Positions 1-9,600 of a DNA stretch of 36,375 bases are shown piece by piece. The translations under genes and the position numbers were made by a program. Source of the stretch: Methanothrix sp. (GTDB lineage: Archaea > Halobacteriota > Methanosarcinia > Methanotrichales > Methanotrichaceae); NCBI GenBank assembly GCA_037128175.1, contig JBAXWY010000027.1:1-36375 (forward strand), read 5' to 3'. The notes beneath the pieces were generated by a model. It saw only the letters and a program-made list of their open reading frames with translations, was not told the DNA's origin and ran no database searches. Numbering within the stretch: position 1 is the stretch's first letter; each line of letters opens with the position of its first letter.

Positions 1-67
1 AATGATTATATATAAAACCTTATCCTTAGGTTTATATCAGCCCAGCTGTACTAGACTGAGAAATCCC

Positions 68-378
68 ATGACAGTAGCTGAGCTGAATGCAGAACTGGAG
101 AGGATCCTGAACCGGCTAAAAAAACGACCCCAGCGTGCGAAAGGTGCTGCTCTTCGGCTATCTGGCTAGAGGCGATGCCCGCGATCACAGCGATATCGAC
201 CTGATAGTAGTAAAGGACACCCTGATGAGATTTCTCGACCGGCTGGACGAGTTTTACGATTGACGCCAGGGAGGCCATGGATATCCTGGTCTACACGCCC
301 CAGGAGTTCGAGGATATGAAGGAGAGGCCTTTCGTCAAGAGGGTCCTTCGAGAAGGAAAGATGCTCTATGAGGCTTGA
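68..378 (+). pseudogene. MNT (minimal nucleotidyltransferase) antitoxin pseudogene with two +1 frameshifts
   Basis: Manual translation: MTVAELNAELERILNRLK / NDPSVRKVLLFGYLARGDARDHSDIDLIVVKDTLMRFLDRLDEFYD / DAREAMDILVYTPQEFEDMKERPFVKRVLREGKMLYEA*. Frame is restored by removing one A from the A7 run at 118-124 and one T at ~260. LFG(S>Y)xARG...SDIDL and I/V-x-x-EG-x-x-LY are typical MNT motifs. Absent from the ORF track. Confidence 0.85.
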
Positions 379-474
379 ACCAACGGACTACCGGGAGGCT
401 TACCCTTCGAGGCTATTGATGAGGTTGATGCAAAGATTGCTTTAGAGATGGAATATGTTGGAGAAGCACTATAA
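368..474 (+). pseudogene. HEPN-domain toxin remnant with a large internal deletion
   Basis: ATG at 368 overlaps the MNT 3' end and reads MRLEP. It is joined out of frame to NGLPGGLPFEAIDEVDAKIALEMEYVGEAL* (382-474), which resembles the C-terminal (RY)PNxLPGxxPxE region of MNT-associated HEPN proteins. Confidence 0.65.
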
Positions 475-514
475 ACGTATTGATCTGGTTCCCGCATTGA
501 GATAGAGGCAGGTC

Positions 515-721
515 ATGTCCGAGCTAGAAGAAGTGATTAAGGAGCTTCCTCCTGATCTCCATCAAGAGGTTGCCGATTTCGCAAAGTTCTTGATGGAGAA
601 GCGAGGCCGAAAGCCAAAAGGCCGCTTGAAGCTGGATTGGAGAGGATCTTTGGAAGATATGAAGGATCAGTACACATCGGTGGAGCTGCAGCACAAGATC
701 CAGGAGTGGAGAGGAGATTGA
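515..721 (+). CDS. DUF2281-family putative antitoxin
   Basis: 68 aa; LPPDLxxEVxDFxxFL N-terminus and LKLDWxGxL...YTSVELQH C-terminus typical of this family; GAGG-like RBS upstream. Confidence 0.8.
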   Translation: MSELEEVIKELPPDLHQEVADFAKFLMEKRGRKPKGRLKLDWRGSLEDMKDQYTSVELQHKIQEWRGD

Positions 722-760
722 GGTAGCTATGAGACATTAAAGCGCGCCAGTAGCTGCACT

Positions 761-1252
761 TCAAACATCTGGTCTCCAGACCTCGATCCCATCAATACGC
801 TCGAAATCTCTGTCATTGGTGGTAATTATTCTGAGCCCTTCTTTCTTCATCGCATAAAGGTTCAAGGAGTCATTGGTCATTAAACCGTAGCATTCTCTAA
901 AATTCTGGCTCTTGATTATTGCTTCTCTTCCCATGCATATGACCTCGATATTGAACTCTAGGATATCTGCTAAGGCAATCTCGCACTTATCCAAGGATGC
1001 AATGGCACGAGGATGCTCCTTCAGATATCTTACCGCTTGGTTGGGTTTGATCCCGAATTTATCCATAGCTTCTGATATCATCAATCTATGCAAGACCTCT
1101 GCCTGCACAACTGTGGAAATATAAGCTTGAACCTCACCGTGCTCGACTCGATCGAGGAGAATTGAACAACTCTCTGAAAGATCAAGAAAATGATAAATCA
1201 ATATATTTGAATCAATAAAGATTTTGCTTCCAGAAAGGATAAAATCTAGCAT
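761..1252 (-). CDS. vapC: PIN-domain (VapC-like) toxin
   Basis: IFIDSNILIY, E in VQAEVLHR, LMTNDSL and ITTNDRDF give the PIN acidic tetrad; abuts the upstream antitoxin. Confidence 0.88.
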   Translation of the reverse strand: MLDFILSGSKIFIDSNILIYHFLDLSESCSILLDRVEHGEVQAYISTVVQAEVLHRLMISEAMDKFGIKPNQAVRYLKEHPRAIASLDKCEIALADILEFNIEVICMGREAIIKSQNFRECYGLMTNDSLNLYAMKKEGLRIITTNDRDFERIDGIEVWRPDV

Positions 1253-1447
1253 CTAGCTTTCCAGGCAGGAAAACTCATCGCTTTCTGCTATTTCTCTTCC
1301 CAGCTTCGCATCAATCTTTATGATGCCTTTAGATCTACGAACTGCATCGGAGATCTCTATTTCTACCACTTCGCCTTGTTTCAAATTGAGTCGTTCAAAG
1401 GGTCTTAAAATACCATCTTCGAATACCGCACGGGTTTTCGTTTTCAT
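1253..1447 (-). CDS. AF2212-like (DUF104) antitoxin
   Basis: 64 aa; AVFEDGILRPFERLNLKQGEVVEIEI signature; directly upstream of the PIN gene. Confidence 0.85.
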   Translation of the reverse strand: MKTKTRAVFEDGILRPFERLNLKQGEVVEIEISDAVRRSKGIIKIDAKLGREIAESDEFSCLES

Positions 1448-1493
1448 CTATCAGATAATACAACGGCCTTATGTAAATAATTATTGCTTCTGA

Positions 1494-2981
1494 CTAGGTC
1501 ACTCCCTTGCATAGCTCCCCGCTCGCCAGATCCTCCCGGAAGAAGTCCTCGCGCGTGCGCCGCCCCAGAGCCAGGTCCAGTTTCCTTTTAGCGTAAAAGG
1601 GCGCCAGCCTTAACATTTCGCGGGCAAACCATTTGGGATAGAGCTTCTTTACTTTGTTATACCAGAGCCACTCCAGACCGTAGTAGCGGGCGTTCATCTG
1701 CCAGGTGATGAATTGCACCTCTTCCTCGGAGAGGTGCCGTGTCTTTAAGTTGGCATGCAGCCCGTCGTACCTGGTAAAGTCGCTGTTGGTTACGAGGCCC
1801 ATCTCCTCCAGCTCGGCGCGCATCTGTGTCTTGGGGTAGGGCGTGGAGATGTAGAAGATGGGAAAGTCCACCTTGAGACGCCTGGCCAGGCGGAAGTTCT
1901 CCCACAGGTCCTCCTCATCGTCATCGGGATTACCGCCGATCAGGCCCGTGGAGACAATAATATTATTATCATGAAGATACTGCACCGCTTTTTCGGCATC
2001 GTTGGACATCTTGCCTTTGCCCAGGAACGCCAGGTTCCTCTTGTTGATGCTCTCTACCCCCAGAAAGACGCCGTCGAAGCCAGCCTCGCCCATCTTGTCC
2101 ACCAGCTGCTTGCTGGAAGCAATGCCCGAAGCGGAGGCCTGCGTCTTGTAGCAGAGATGGGTGAGATTGGCATCGATGATGGCCTGGCACAGGCGTTCCA
2201 GCCGCTTGGGATCGAGGGTGATGTTGTCGTCCGGGAAAAATATGGAGCCAGCTCCGTGCGCTTCGGCGTCCCGAATGTCCTCGATCACCCTCTCAATGGA
2301 AAAGCGCCGGAAGCGGCGGCCGTACATGAGATTGATGGAGCAGAACTTGCAGCCCTGCGTGCAGCCTCGGCTGGTCTCCACGCAGTCGATGGGCACATCA
2401 AAGCTGTAAAAGCCACTGGTGATGAGGCGCGCATCCCTTTTGGGCATGCGAATCTCCTCCACCTTAAGCAGGGGCCTTGGGGGATTGTGGACCATTCCTT
2501 TTCCTTTCTCTTTCCCTTCGTCATCGTGGTAGGAGAGACCCAGGATGCCGCGCGGGCTTTTTCCTGCCAGCCGGGCCTCTACCAGTTCCCGGAAGGTGGC
2601 TTCGCCTTCACCGCGCACAATGTAGTCGATAAGCGCAGCATCTCCGCTTTCGCCGATCTCTTCTGCGGCAAGCGTTGGATGGTAGCCGCCGAAAACCGTC
2701 TCTGCGCCTGACAGCTTGGCGATCTTTGCAAGGGCCAGAGCCTCTTGATACTGAAAGCTCATGGCGGTCAGGCCCACCAGATCGTAGCCGTTTACAATCC
2801 GGCTCACATATTCCCTGTGGTTTTTCAGGCCGTGGATGTCCGCCACATGAACCGTGCATAGGTCATCCACATGCGCCGCCAGGGAAGCCAGGCCGAGATT
2901 GGGCACGCGAGCTATGCGGTCAAAGTCGAGCTGAACTACGGGAGAAGATAGTAGTAATATATTCATCATATATTCATCCAT
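1494..2981 (-). CDS. Cobalamin (B12)-binding radical SAM protein
   Basis: N-terminal PNLGLASLAA, GGYHPT and VRGEGE motifs of the B12-binding domain; SRGCTQGCKFC CxxxCxxC motif; FFPDDN. Confidence 0.9.
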   Translation of the reverse strand: MDEYMMNILLLSSPVVQLDFDRIARVPNLGLASLAAHVDDLCTVHVADIHGLKNHREYVSRIVNGYDLVGLTAMSFQYQEALALAKIAKLSGAETVFGGYHPTLAAEEIGESGDAALIDYIVRGEGEATFRELVEARLAGKSPRGILGLSYHDDEGKEKGKGMVHNPPRPLLKVEEIRMPKRDARLITSGFYSFDVPIDCVETSRGCTQGCKFCSINLMYGRRFRRFSIERVIEDIRDAEAHGAGSIFFPDDNITLDPKRLERLCQAIIDANLTHLCYKTQASASGIASSKQLVDKMGEAGFDGVFLGVESINKRNLAFLGKGKMSNDAEKAVQYLHDNNIIVSTGLIGGNPDDDEEDLWENFRLARRLKVDFPIFYISTPYPKTQMRAELEEMGLVTNSDFTRYDGLHANLKTRHLSEEEVQFITWQMNARYYGLEWLWYNKVKKLYPKWFAREMLRLAPFYAKRKLDLALGRRTREDFFREDLASGELCKGVT

Positions 2982-2995
2982 TACCTTCTCTTGGC

Positions 2996-4381
2996 TTACT
3001 TTCGCTCGCTCTCATTCTCATCCACTTTTAGCAGCCGCAGGCCGGCATTCCAGTCGAACTTATTGGCCCGGCTGATGTAGGCGGCAACTTCTTTCACTCC
3101 ATTCCAGCCGCCGTAGCGATAGGCATTGGACCACACCCGGGCCGAGGTGCGAAAAGGCGCATGCCAGGGATGAACCAGCTTGAAAGACCAGTCCAGGATG
3201 CCCGGAAACTCCTCCGGCTTGATGCGAGGATGATTCCAGACCATGTGCTTGCCGTCGTGGTGATGATAGTCGTGATCCCAGATGCCGAACTTCTCCTCGA
3301 TCTCCGTCCACATGGGCGTCTGGGGCAGAGGTGTTATGACGCAGATCTGAGTTATGTCAAGCTTGAGTGCCGCCAGCTTCTTTATGTCCTCGCGTAGCGA
3401 CTCCTTAGTGTCCTCCTCAAAGCCGATCATGTAATAGCCCACGCTGCCCAGATTCCTGGCTTTCAGCATGTGCAGTGTCTCTAAAATGTCCTTTGTGCCT
3501 TCCTTCTTCTTCATCTGGTCCAGGCGCTCTTGATGCAGGTTTTCAATGCCGATAGCCGCCCCCCCAAAGCCGGACACCTTTCTGCCGTTCTTCTGCCTCA
3601 TGTCCGCCCAATCGTCGATCTTCGTTTTCAGATAATCGGCCCGCGCCATGCATCCCCAGACCATCTGATACTTGTCTAAAAGCTCTACCACCGCATCGGC
3701 ATGGCGGCGGTTGCAGCCGAAGTTCTCATCCTCGATCAGGACAACATTGATGCCCTGCTCTTTGTAGTAGGCCAGGACTCTTTCGATGCTCTTCAGCGAG
3801 ATGATGTTGGGCTTGTTGCAGAAGACCGGCGTCTGGCAGAACTTGCAGCCCACCGGGCAGCCGCGCGTGGTGAACAACACTCCGTAAATGTTCAGCTTGA
3901 TATTGAAGGGCGTGTTGAGATACTCGATAAGCGGAGGATGAATTATGTCCTTGATCTGCCGTCCGAAATAGGGGGCGAGCTCCTTCTCCGAGTAGCCCAC
4001 AAAGATCCTATCGAACTTATCCTGCACGGCTGTGGTAAGTGCGCCGTAGTTTCCTGCCCATACCTCGCCAACGCCTGCCGCCCGCGCCGCATCCACCATC
4101 TCCAGGGCTTCATGGGTCTCACTCAGGTAAAAGGAGAGACCCACCACATCCCATCCCTCTTGAAGCTTCTTCTGGTATTCATCCCAGGTGGGAAACTCCA
4201 GGATCTCGAGCTCAGGAATGTTCTGCTTTAGAAATCGCAGGCCAAAAGATTGGATGCGCGGCCAGTAGAATCTGAACCATGACCTGGTATTGGCTCCGAT
4301 ATAATCGTAAGGCTCGGAGCCCTTTCTATAAATGGTTGTGAACAGAACCCTGGGAGTCATAAACGCCCTGTCCTGTCCCAT
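2996..4381 (-). CDS. Radical SAM protein with a divergent B12-binding-like N-terminal domain
   Basis: TRGCPVGCKFC motif, IEDENF, TPLPQTP; 14 bp upstream of the second radical SAM gene. Start could be the Met of MTPRVLF. Confidence 0.88.
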   Translation of the reverse strand: MGQDRAFMTPRVLFTTIYRKGSEPYDYIGANTRSWFRFYWPRIQSFGLRFLKQNIPELEILEFPTWDEYQKKLQEGWDVVGLSFYLSETHEALEMVDAARAAGVGEVWAGNYGALTTAVQDKFDRIFVGYSEKELAPYFGRQIKDIIHPPLIEYLNTPFNIKLNIYGVLFTTRGCPVGCKFCQTPVFCNKPNIISLKSIERVLAYYKEQGINVVLIEDENFGCNRRHADAVVELLDKYQMVWGCMARADYLKTKIDDWADMRQKNGRKVSGFGGAAIGIENLHQERLDQMKKKEGTKDILETLHMLKARNLGSVGYYMIGFEEDTKESLREDIKKLAALKLDITQICVITPLPQTPMWTEIEEKFGIWDHDYHHHDGKHMVWNHPRIKPEEFPGILDWSFKLVHPWHAPFRTSARVWSNAYRYGGWNGVKEVAAYISRANKFDWNAGLRLLKVDENESERK

Positions 4382-4393
4382 GGAAGATTAAGC

Positions 4394-4885
4394 TTACGAT
4401 TCCAGACGAGTTGGAATGCACATCTCTTCCTTGCCGCGGGCCAGCAGGTTCTCGTAGGCAATAGAAGCCAGCTCGCTGACATCGATGCCCATCTCTCTGG
4501 CGATCAGCAGCACCACACCGTCCAGCTCCACCAGCTTTTTCAGGGAATCCTGTTTCTCATTGGCAAGAGCAATGACCTCTTTTCGGCTCATGCCCGTATG
4601 AGAAGTGATGAGCCTTATTCCCTGATCCAGTATGCCCTCCTCCGTGGACGGCTTGAATCCCAGGGGAACCGTCACTGCCGCAGCATCAAAGATCGCGTTT
4701 ACCATCTCTCCTTCCATCTTGACCATACCTTCGGCTTCCGCTTCCCGGAGGAGGGCACGCACCTTCTCCGGCGGCCCCCATTTCAGGTCGAGGGATAGAG
4801 CAAAGATAAAGTCGCTGATCTTCAGGCTTGTCTTGCCGCGCTTCTTGAAGGGCGTGGCCACCAGAAAGGCTTTCTCTCGATCCAA
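4394..4885 (-). CDS. DUF2240-family conserved archaeal protein
   Basis: PFKKRGK...FIFALSLDLKW..P..VxxL and VxVPLGFKP pattern; TTG start; first gene of the operon with the radical SAM genes. Confidence 0.75.
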   Translation of the reverse strand: MDREKAFLVATPFKKRGKTSLKISDFIFALSLDLKWGPPEKVRALLREAEAEGMVKMEGEMVNAIFDAAAVTVPLGFKPSTEEGILDQGIRLITSHTGMSRKEVIALANEKQDSLKKLVELDGVVLLIAREMGIDVSELASIAYENLLARGKEEMCIPTRLES

Positions 4886-5041
4886 GGAAACACCGACCTG
4901 TTGCTCTGATGCATAACAGATATAAACTAGCCCGTCGAGAAAAGAAGCTTATTTATTCCTTTGAGAGAGAATTTATAAATAGGAAACGTAGTGGGATACT
5001 AACTATAGTAAAATCCGGCGTATGCCATCGTGTGGTGTTAG

Positions 5042-6628
5042 ATGAGGCAGATATACCCGATTGTTATTCTATTCCTGCTGATTGCCGCCAGCTCCGCCCA
5101 GCTGGCAGCAGACAAGGAAAGATTCGATGTTGTGCTCCATTCCGGTGACCTGGAGGAGAGAACGCTAAAGGTCACCAATATTGGAGATGCAACAATATTC
5201 AAGATCTCAAAAACAGAGATGAGTGGAACTGCCAAAGATTACATATTCCTGGACATGCCCCAAGAAAAACCGCTCATGACTCAGGATAAGGCAGAGATTA
5301 AGATCTACTTTGCCCTGCCTCCCGAGACGCGACCAGGATCTTACACAGGATTTATATATTTACTGGATAGCGCACCGCCCTCGCTGCCCATGAGGATAGA
5401 TTTCGACCTGACAGTCATCGGACAGGAAAGCTATGGCATTGGCATGACCATAGATGATGCCAAGTCTACGATGCTTTCTGCCAATGCCGAAGATATCGCT
5501 CAATTCGATCTGGCTGTTAAAAACCTGGGCGCTTTTAGAGATGTAGCCTCTATCAACGCCGGGCCGCTGCCGGATGGGTGGAGCGTGAGCTTGATGGATG
5601 GAGAAAAAACGCTAGCCCTTCCCTACGATGTGCCATTAGACACGGGCACAACCCATACCATGAAGCTGCAGGTGCAAACAGCCAAACCCGGCAAGAAAGG
5701 CAATCTTTCCATCGTAGCCACATCTTTAGGCAACCAGTCCAAAAGTTCTTCTGTTGAGGCGGTAGTTGATTTTGCCGCGGCAGTTCGCGGCTACAACGTG
5801 GAAATCAAGGTCCCGGAAAAAATTGTTACCAACAAGACCTACAAAGGCTCCTTCAACATCATGCTGGATGTCAGAGAGGTGGTAATGGTGGGAATAGTAA
5901 CGCCTCCAGAGCTCATGGTTATACCTCTAGCCCAGACGGTAGAAGTCAGCCCGCATAGCCCCGGCGTTGCCAATTTTACCCTGCTGGCATCTAAGGGCGG
6001 CGATTATCCGCTTGTCTTCCGGCTCATGGACTCCCAGGGCATTCCCATGCCGGAAGAGATAGCATCCATCAAAGTGATCTTGCCGCAAGGTATGGTCATT
6101 CTGACGGGAGATGACTTCCTCTACAGCACAATTGCATCCGTAAGCAGCCTTGGCAATGGAACGGCTGATTTCGACCTAATTACCGTTCCACCTGGTAAAT
6201 TAAGCGAAATGAATCTGGAGAAGCTGCAAGACTATTCCCGGATTTTGATTTTAGGCAATCAATCCATCGTCTCTAAAGACGCCGAAAAAGCACTGCAAGG
6301 AGTCGAAATCAAGCGCATTGACAAAAGTAGCCTTTACGAAGAGTGCTGGCTCTTTGCCGCAGAAATCTGCCAGAATGGAACCGCCGAGGTGGTCTTATCC
6401 GGCTCAAAGCCCACGGATCTATTCAGGGCCTATCGAGCGGCCAAGATGGCTGGCACGCCAATCGTGGTATGCGAGGGTGATGTGACCGAAAACGCCAATG
6501 CCGCCATAGCGGAAATGACCAAAAGAAATGTTACCCTCTCAAGAGTGCTCCTCGTTGGCGAAATTGGAGCGGAGTATACAAAGCCGCTGCAAGATGCCGG
6601 CGTCAAAATAGAAGAGGTGAAAGCGTGA
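5042..6628 (+). CDS. Secreted/surface protein: Ig-like beta-sandwich domains plus C-terminal cell-wall-binding-2 (CWB2)-like region
   Basis: Signal peptide (MRQIYPIVILFLLIAASSA); VTNIGD, PGSYTG and VKNLG..D...LPDGWSV Ig-like motifs; C-terminal ILILGNQSIVS and AAKMAGTPIVV...VLLVG segments resemble CWB2 repeats. Confidence 0.65.
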   Translation: MRQIYPIVILFLLIAASSAQLAADKERFDVVLHSGDLEERTLKVTNIGDATIFKISKTEMSGTAKDYIFLDMPQEKPLMTQDKAEIKIYFALPPETRPGSYTGFIYLLDSAPPSLPMRIDFDLTVIGQESYGIGMTIDDAKSTMLSANAEDIAQFDLAVKNLGAFRDVASINAGPLPDGWSVSLMDGEKTLALPYDVPLDTGTTHTMKLQVQTAKPGKKGNLSIVATSLGNQSKSSSVEAVVDFAAAVRGYNVEIKVPEKIVTNKTYKGSFNIMLDVREVVMVGIVTPPELMVIPLAQTVEVSPHSPGVANFTLLASKGGDYPLVFRLMDSQGIPMPEEIASIKVILPQGMVILTGDDFLYSTIASVSSLGNGTADFDLITVPPGKLSEMNLEKLQDYSRILILGNQSIVSKDAEKALQGVEIKRIDKSSLYEECWLFAAEICQNGTAEVVLSGSKPTDLFRAYRAAKMAGTPIVVCEGDVTENANAAIAEMTKRNVTLSRVLLVGEIGAEYTKPLQDAGVKIEEVKA

Positions 6629-9600
6629 GGCTGCAATATCTAATACTATTCATAGCAATTCTGTCCACTACAGAGCAATGCTTCGCACAGGACGCACCCC
6701 TGGAAAGAGGAGTTAAGGGCGACCTCGATGGTGTGATTTTAGTCGGAGCAGACGATTGGCATGCAGTCATTGCAGCTACTCCTCTGGCCATCTGGTCTTT
6801 GGAAAATCAGACTAAAACATTGCCGATGCTAATTCTTCCCAAATCGGTACAGGCTGGGGATAGAAACGGCTGGGTGGAAGAGAGCGATCTGCAGAGATAT
6901 GGTGCCTCTGCCATCCTTGGCACATTTAAGGCGGCAAATATCAGCACCATAACCATCCACGGGACGGGAGATCAGGTAAAATCTCTGGTTGAAGCAGCCC
7001 ACAAAGACGGTCTGAAAGCTTACATCACAGCAACTCTTGAGATTCCCGTTATCTCCGAGCCGGGAGCGGCAGGAGATATAGAAGAATTGCCGCAGGCCAG
7101 GAAAGCCATGCTTGCAGAGGCAGGCCTCGACCTGACCGTGACTGACGATTCCAGGATAGATAAAAGCTTGCTGCAGGTGGCAAATCCCGATATAGGCGGC
7201 AATGCCACACTTTATTGTCCTGCAAACCAGGAGGCAAGGGATAATCTCTATAATCTTATTGAAACGCTGGTAGACGACTACAAGGCCGATGGCGTTGTGC
7301 TTTATAATTTTGGCTTCCAGGATGAGAACTATTGCTATTGCAATGTCTGCAAGGAGAAGTTCTACCAGGATACCGGCATAGATCTCAGCAAGGCCAATAT
7401 CAATAGCTACAATCAGGAGAGATGGACGCTGTGGAAGCAGGATCAGCTCATGATGATTGTAAATTATGCCCGGAATATAACCTCGGATTTGGGTCCTGTG
7501 AAGCTTGGCGTGGCTTTTGATAATCCCGTCGATCAGAGCCGGGGCTACAACTTCGCAAAGATCGCAAAGGTGACAGACTTTTCCATAATATCTCCCCTCT
7601 CCGCTCAGGATGTGGGGGCGGCCTGCCAACTCAGCGAAAAACCGGTTTATGTCCGTTTGAGCGACGATTACCTTGGATATGTTCTCTCCACCCAGAATGT
7701 AGAAGGTGGCGTGAAGTATATCGAGGACATCATAAAATCCGGCGCATCAGGAGTTGCTTTCGAGTACAACGTCGTTCACACACCAGTTTGGTCGGAGCTG
7801 GAGCCACCATCATTGGCCGCTCACTGGCTACTAGGTCAGTTAGGCGGAAAGACTCTGGCCATAGGAAATGTCTCCTGGAAATGCGATACAACGGTGCAGG
7901 CAAATAACAGCTTTGATATGGCTGAAAAGATAAGCAGGTACTGGAAAAGCTCGCCGGGAGCCGTAATTGTAGGCGAAAATTACAGCGCAGCCCTCATTGC
8001 CGCACCAATTGCCTCTTATCTAAATTGGCCGCTCCTCTTTGTGAACAGTGTGCTGCCCAATGAGACAGCTGCCGCATTATCACGCCTGGATATAAAAAAG
8101 GCTGTGATAGTGGGTGCAATCTCGCCCGCCGTGAGGCAGAACTTGGGCCAAATGAATATTACCCTGCTAGAAGGAAGTTCTGAATTTCTCGCCCAGCAGA
8201 TGAGCAAAAGGGGGGAAAGCCCTACAATGGTGGTCTTTACCAACTCCCATGATCTCTCGCTTCTACCGCCAGTGCCAAATCCCGTAGTAGAGCGAACACT
8301 TGTTGACGATCTGCTCATCAGAACCGAGATAAGTCCAAGTCAAGTACCGGCCGAGGAGCTGGGAGAAATTGTAAGGCTCAACATAACCCTGAGCAATACC
8401 GGCAAAGTGGTGCTGAAAGGTGTGCGATTGCTGGACGTCTTCCCCATGGGCAGGTTCATAAAATGGCCCCGGCCACAAATGGGCGAGGCAAATGTCACAG
8501 ATCCCTATAGCGGCCAACCCTCGAATGCCATAAATGCATTCCTCAACGGGTCAATGCTTCGCTGGAATATAAACCGGCTCGATCCGGACAAGTCTGCCAG
8601 TTTGAATGTGGAAGTAGAACTGCTCTACCCCATGGACTCTGGCTGGAAAGAACGGCTGGACACCGGGGCTACGGCCGCATACGAGGGATTTTCCTATAAC
8701 CATACCCTGGAGAATCTAGATGACGGGCCGGCAATCAATCTAACCTACCCCACCTGGATATACTCGGGAAGAACGAACATCTCCTGGAACCTTTTCCAGG
8801 ACGCGAGTTACACCGCCCTAAATCTCTACAGCCCGGAAAAACGAAGCGCAAGCATCAAGATCACAGATATCAAGCCTGATAAGCTCTATGAAGTGCGAAT
8901 GCAGATGCTAACGCCAGGCAAGTGGATTTTTAATATTGAGGCAGGGAACGATTATGCCCACAGAACGAAGAACTACACCATTGATGTTCGCTCAAATATT
9001 GAGGCTTTGAATATTACAGCATTCAGCCACACCAAAGTTCCCCGGCTGTCCCTGGTTGCCGCTCACGCCGCAGCAGCTCGCCGGGCAATTCTGCTGGACG
9101 TGGCCAAAGACCCGCAGCAAATTGATCCTCTGATTGAGGAGCAAGCATTAAGGCAGAAAGTCGATGATCTTAAGCTTTCACCCCGCTATCTGATGGTTGT
9201 GGGCGATCCGGGATCGCTGCCCTTCATATCCACCGGCCTGATTCAGAAGCTATCGGAGATCATGGAGTACGAGGTCTACAGGGACTATCAATTGACCATG
9301 AATGATGAGAATTACAGCAGTGTAGCCGTAGGCCGAATTATGGGGCTTTCCGTTTACGACGCATCTCAGCTCCTGGCTCGTACCATGGCCTATGATCAAC
9401 TGAGTGGATCCTGGAAGAATAATGCCCTGGTCATATCTTCGCCGCCCCTCTCTTTCCCGCAGGCTCCCACTGCTATGAGGACCAGAGATTACTTGAAAGA
9501 GGCGGGGTTGCAGGTCAAGGATCTGCGTTACGAGGAGGCTACTTACCAGCAAGTCATCTCCCAGATGAATAACGGCCAGAATATTGTGAACTTCGATCAT

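Noticed and set aside
1755-2711. Long antisense ORFs (also 13685-14692, 19364-20185, 32443-33108)
   Set aside because: Shadow frames of GC-rich genes with no recognisable motifs.
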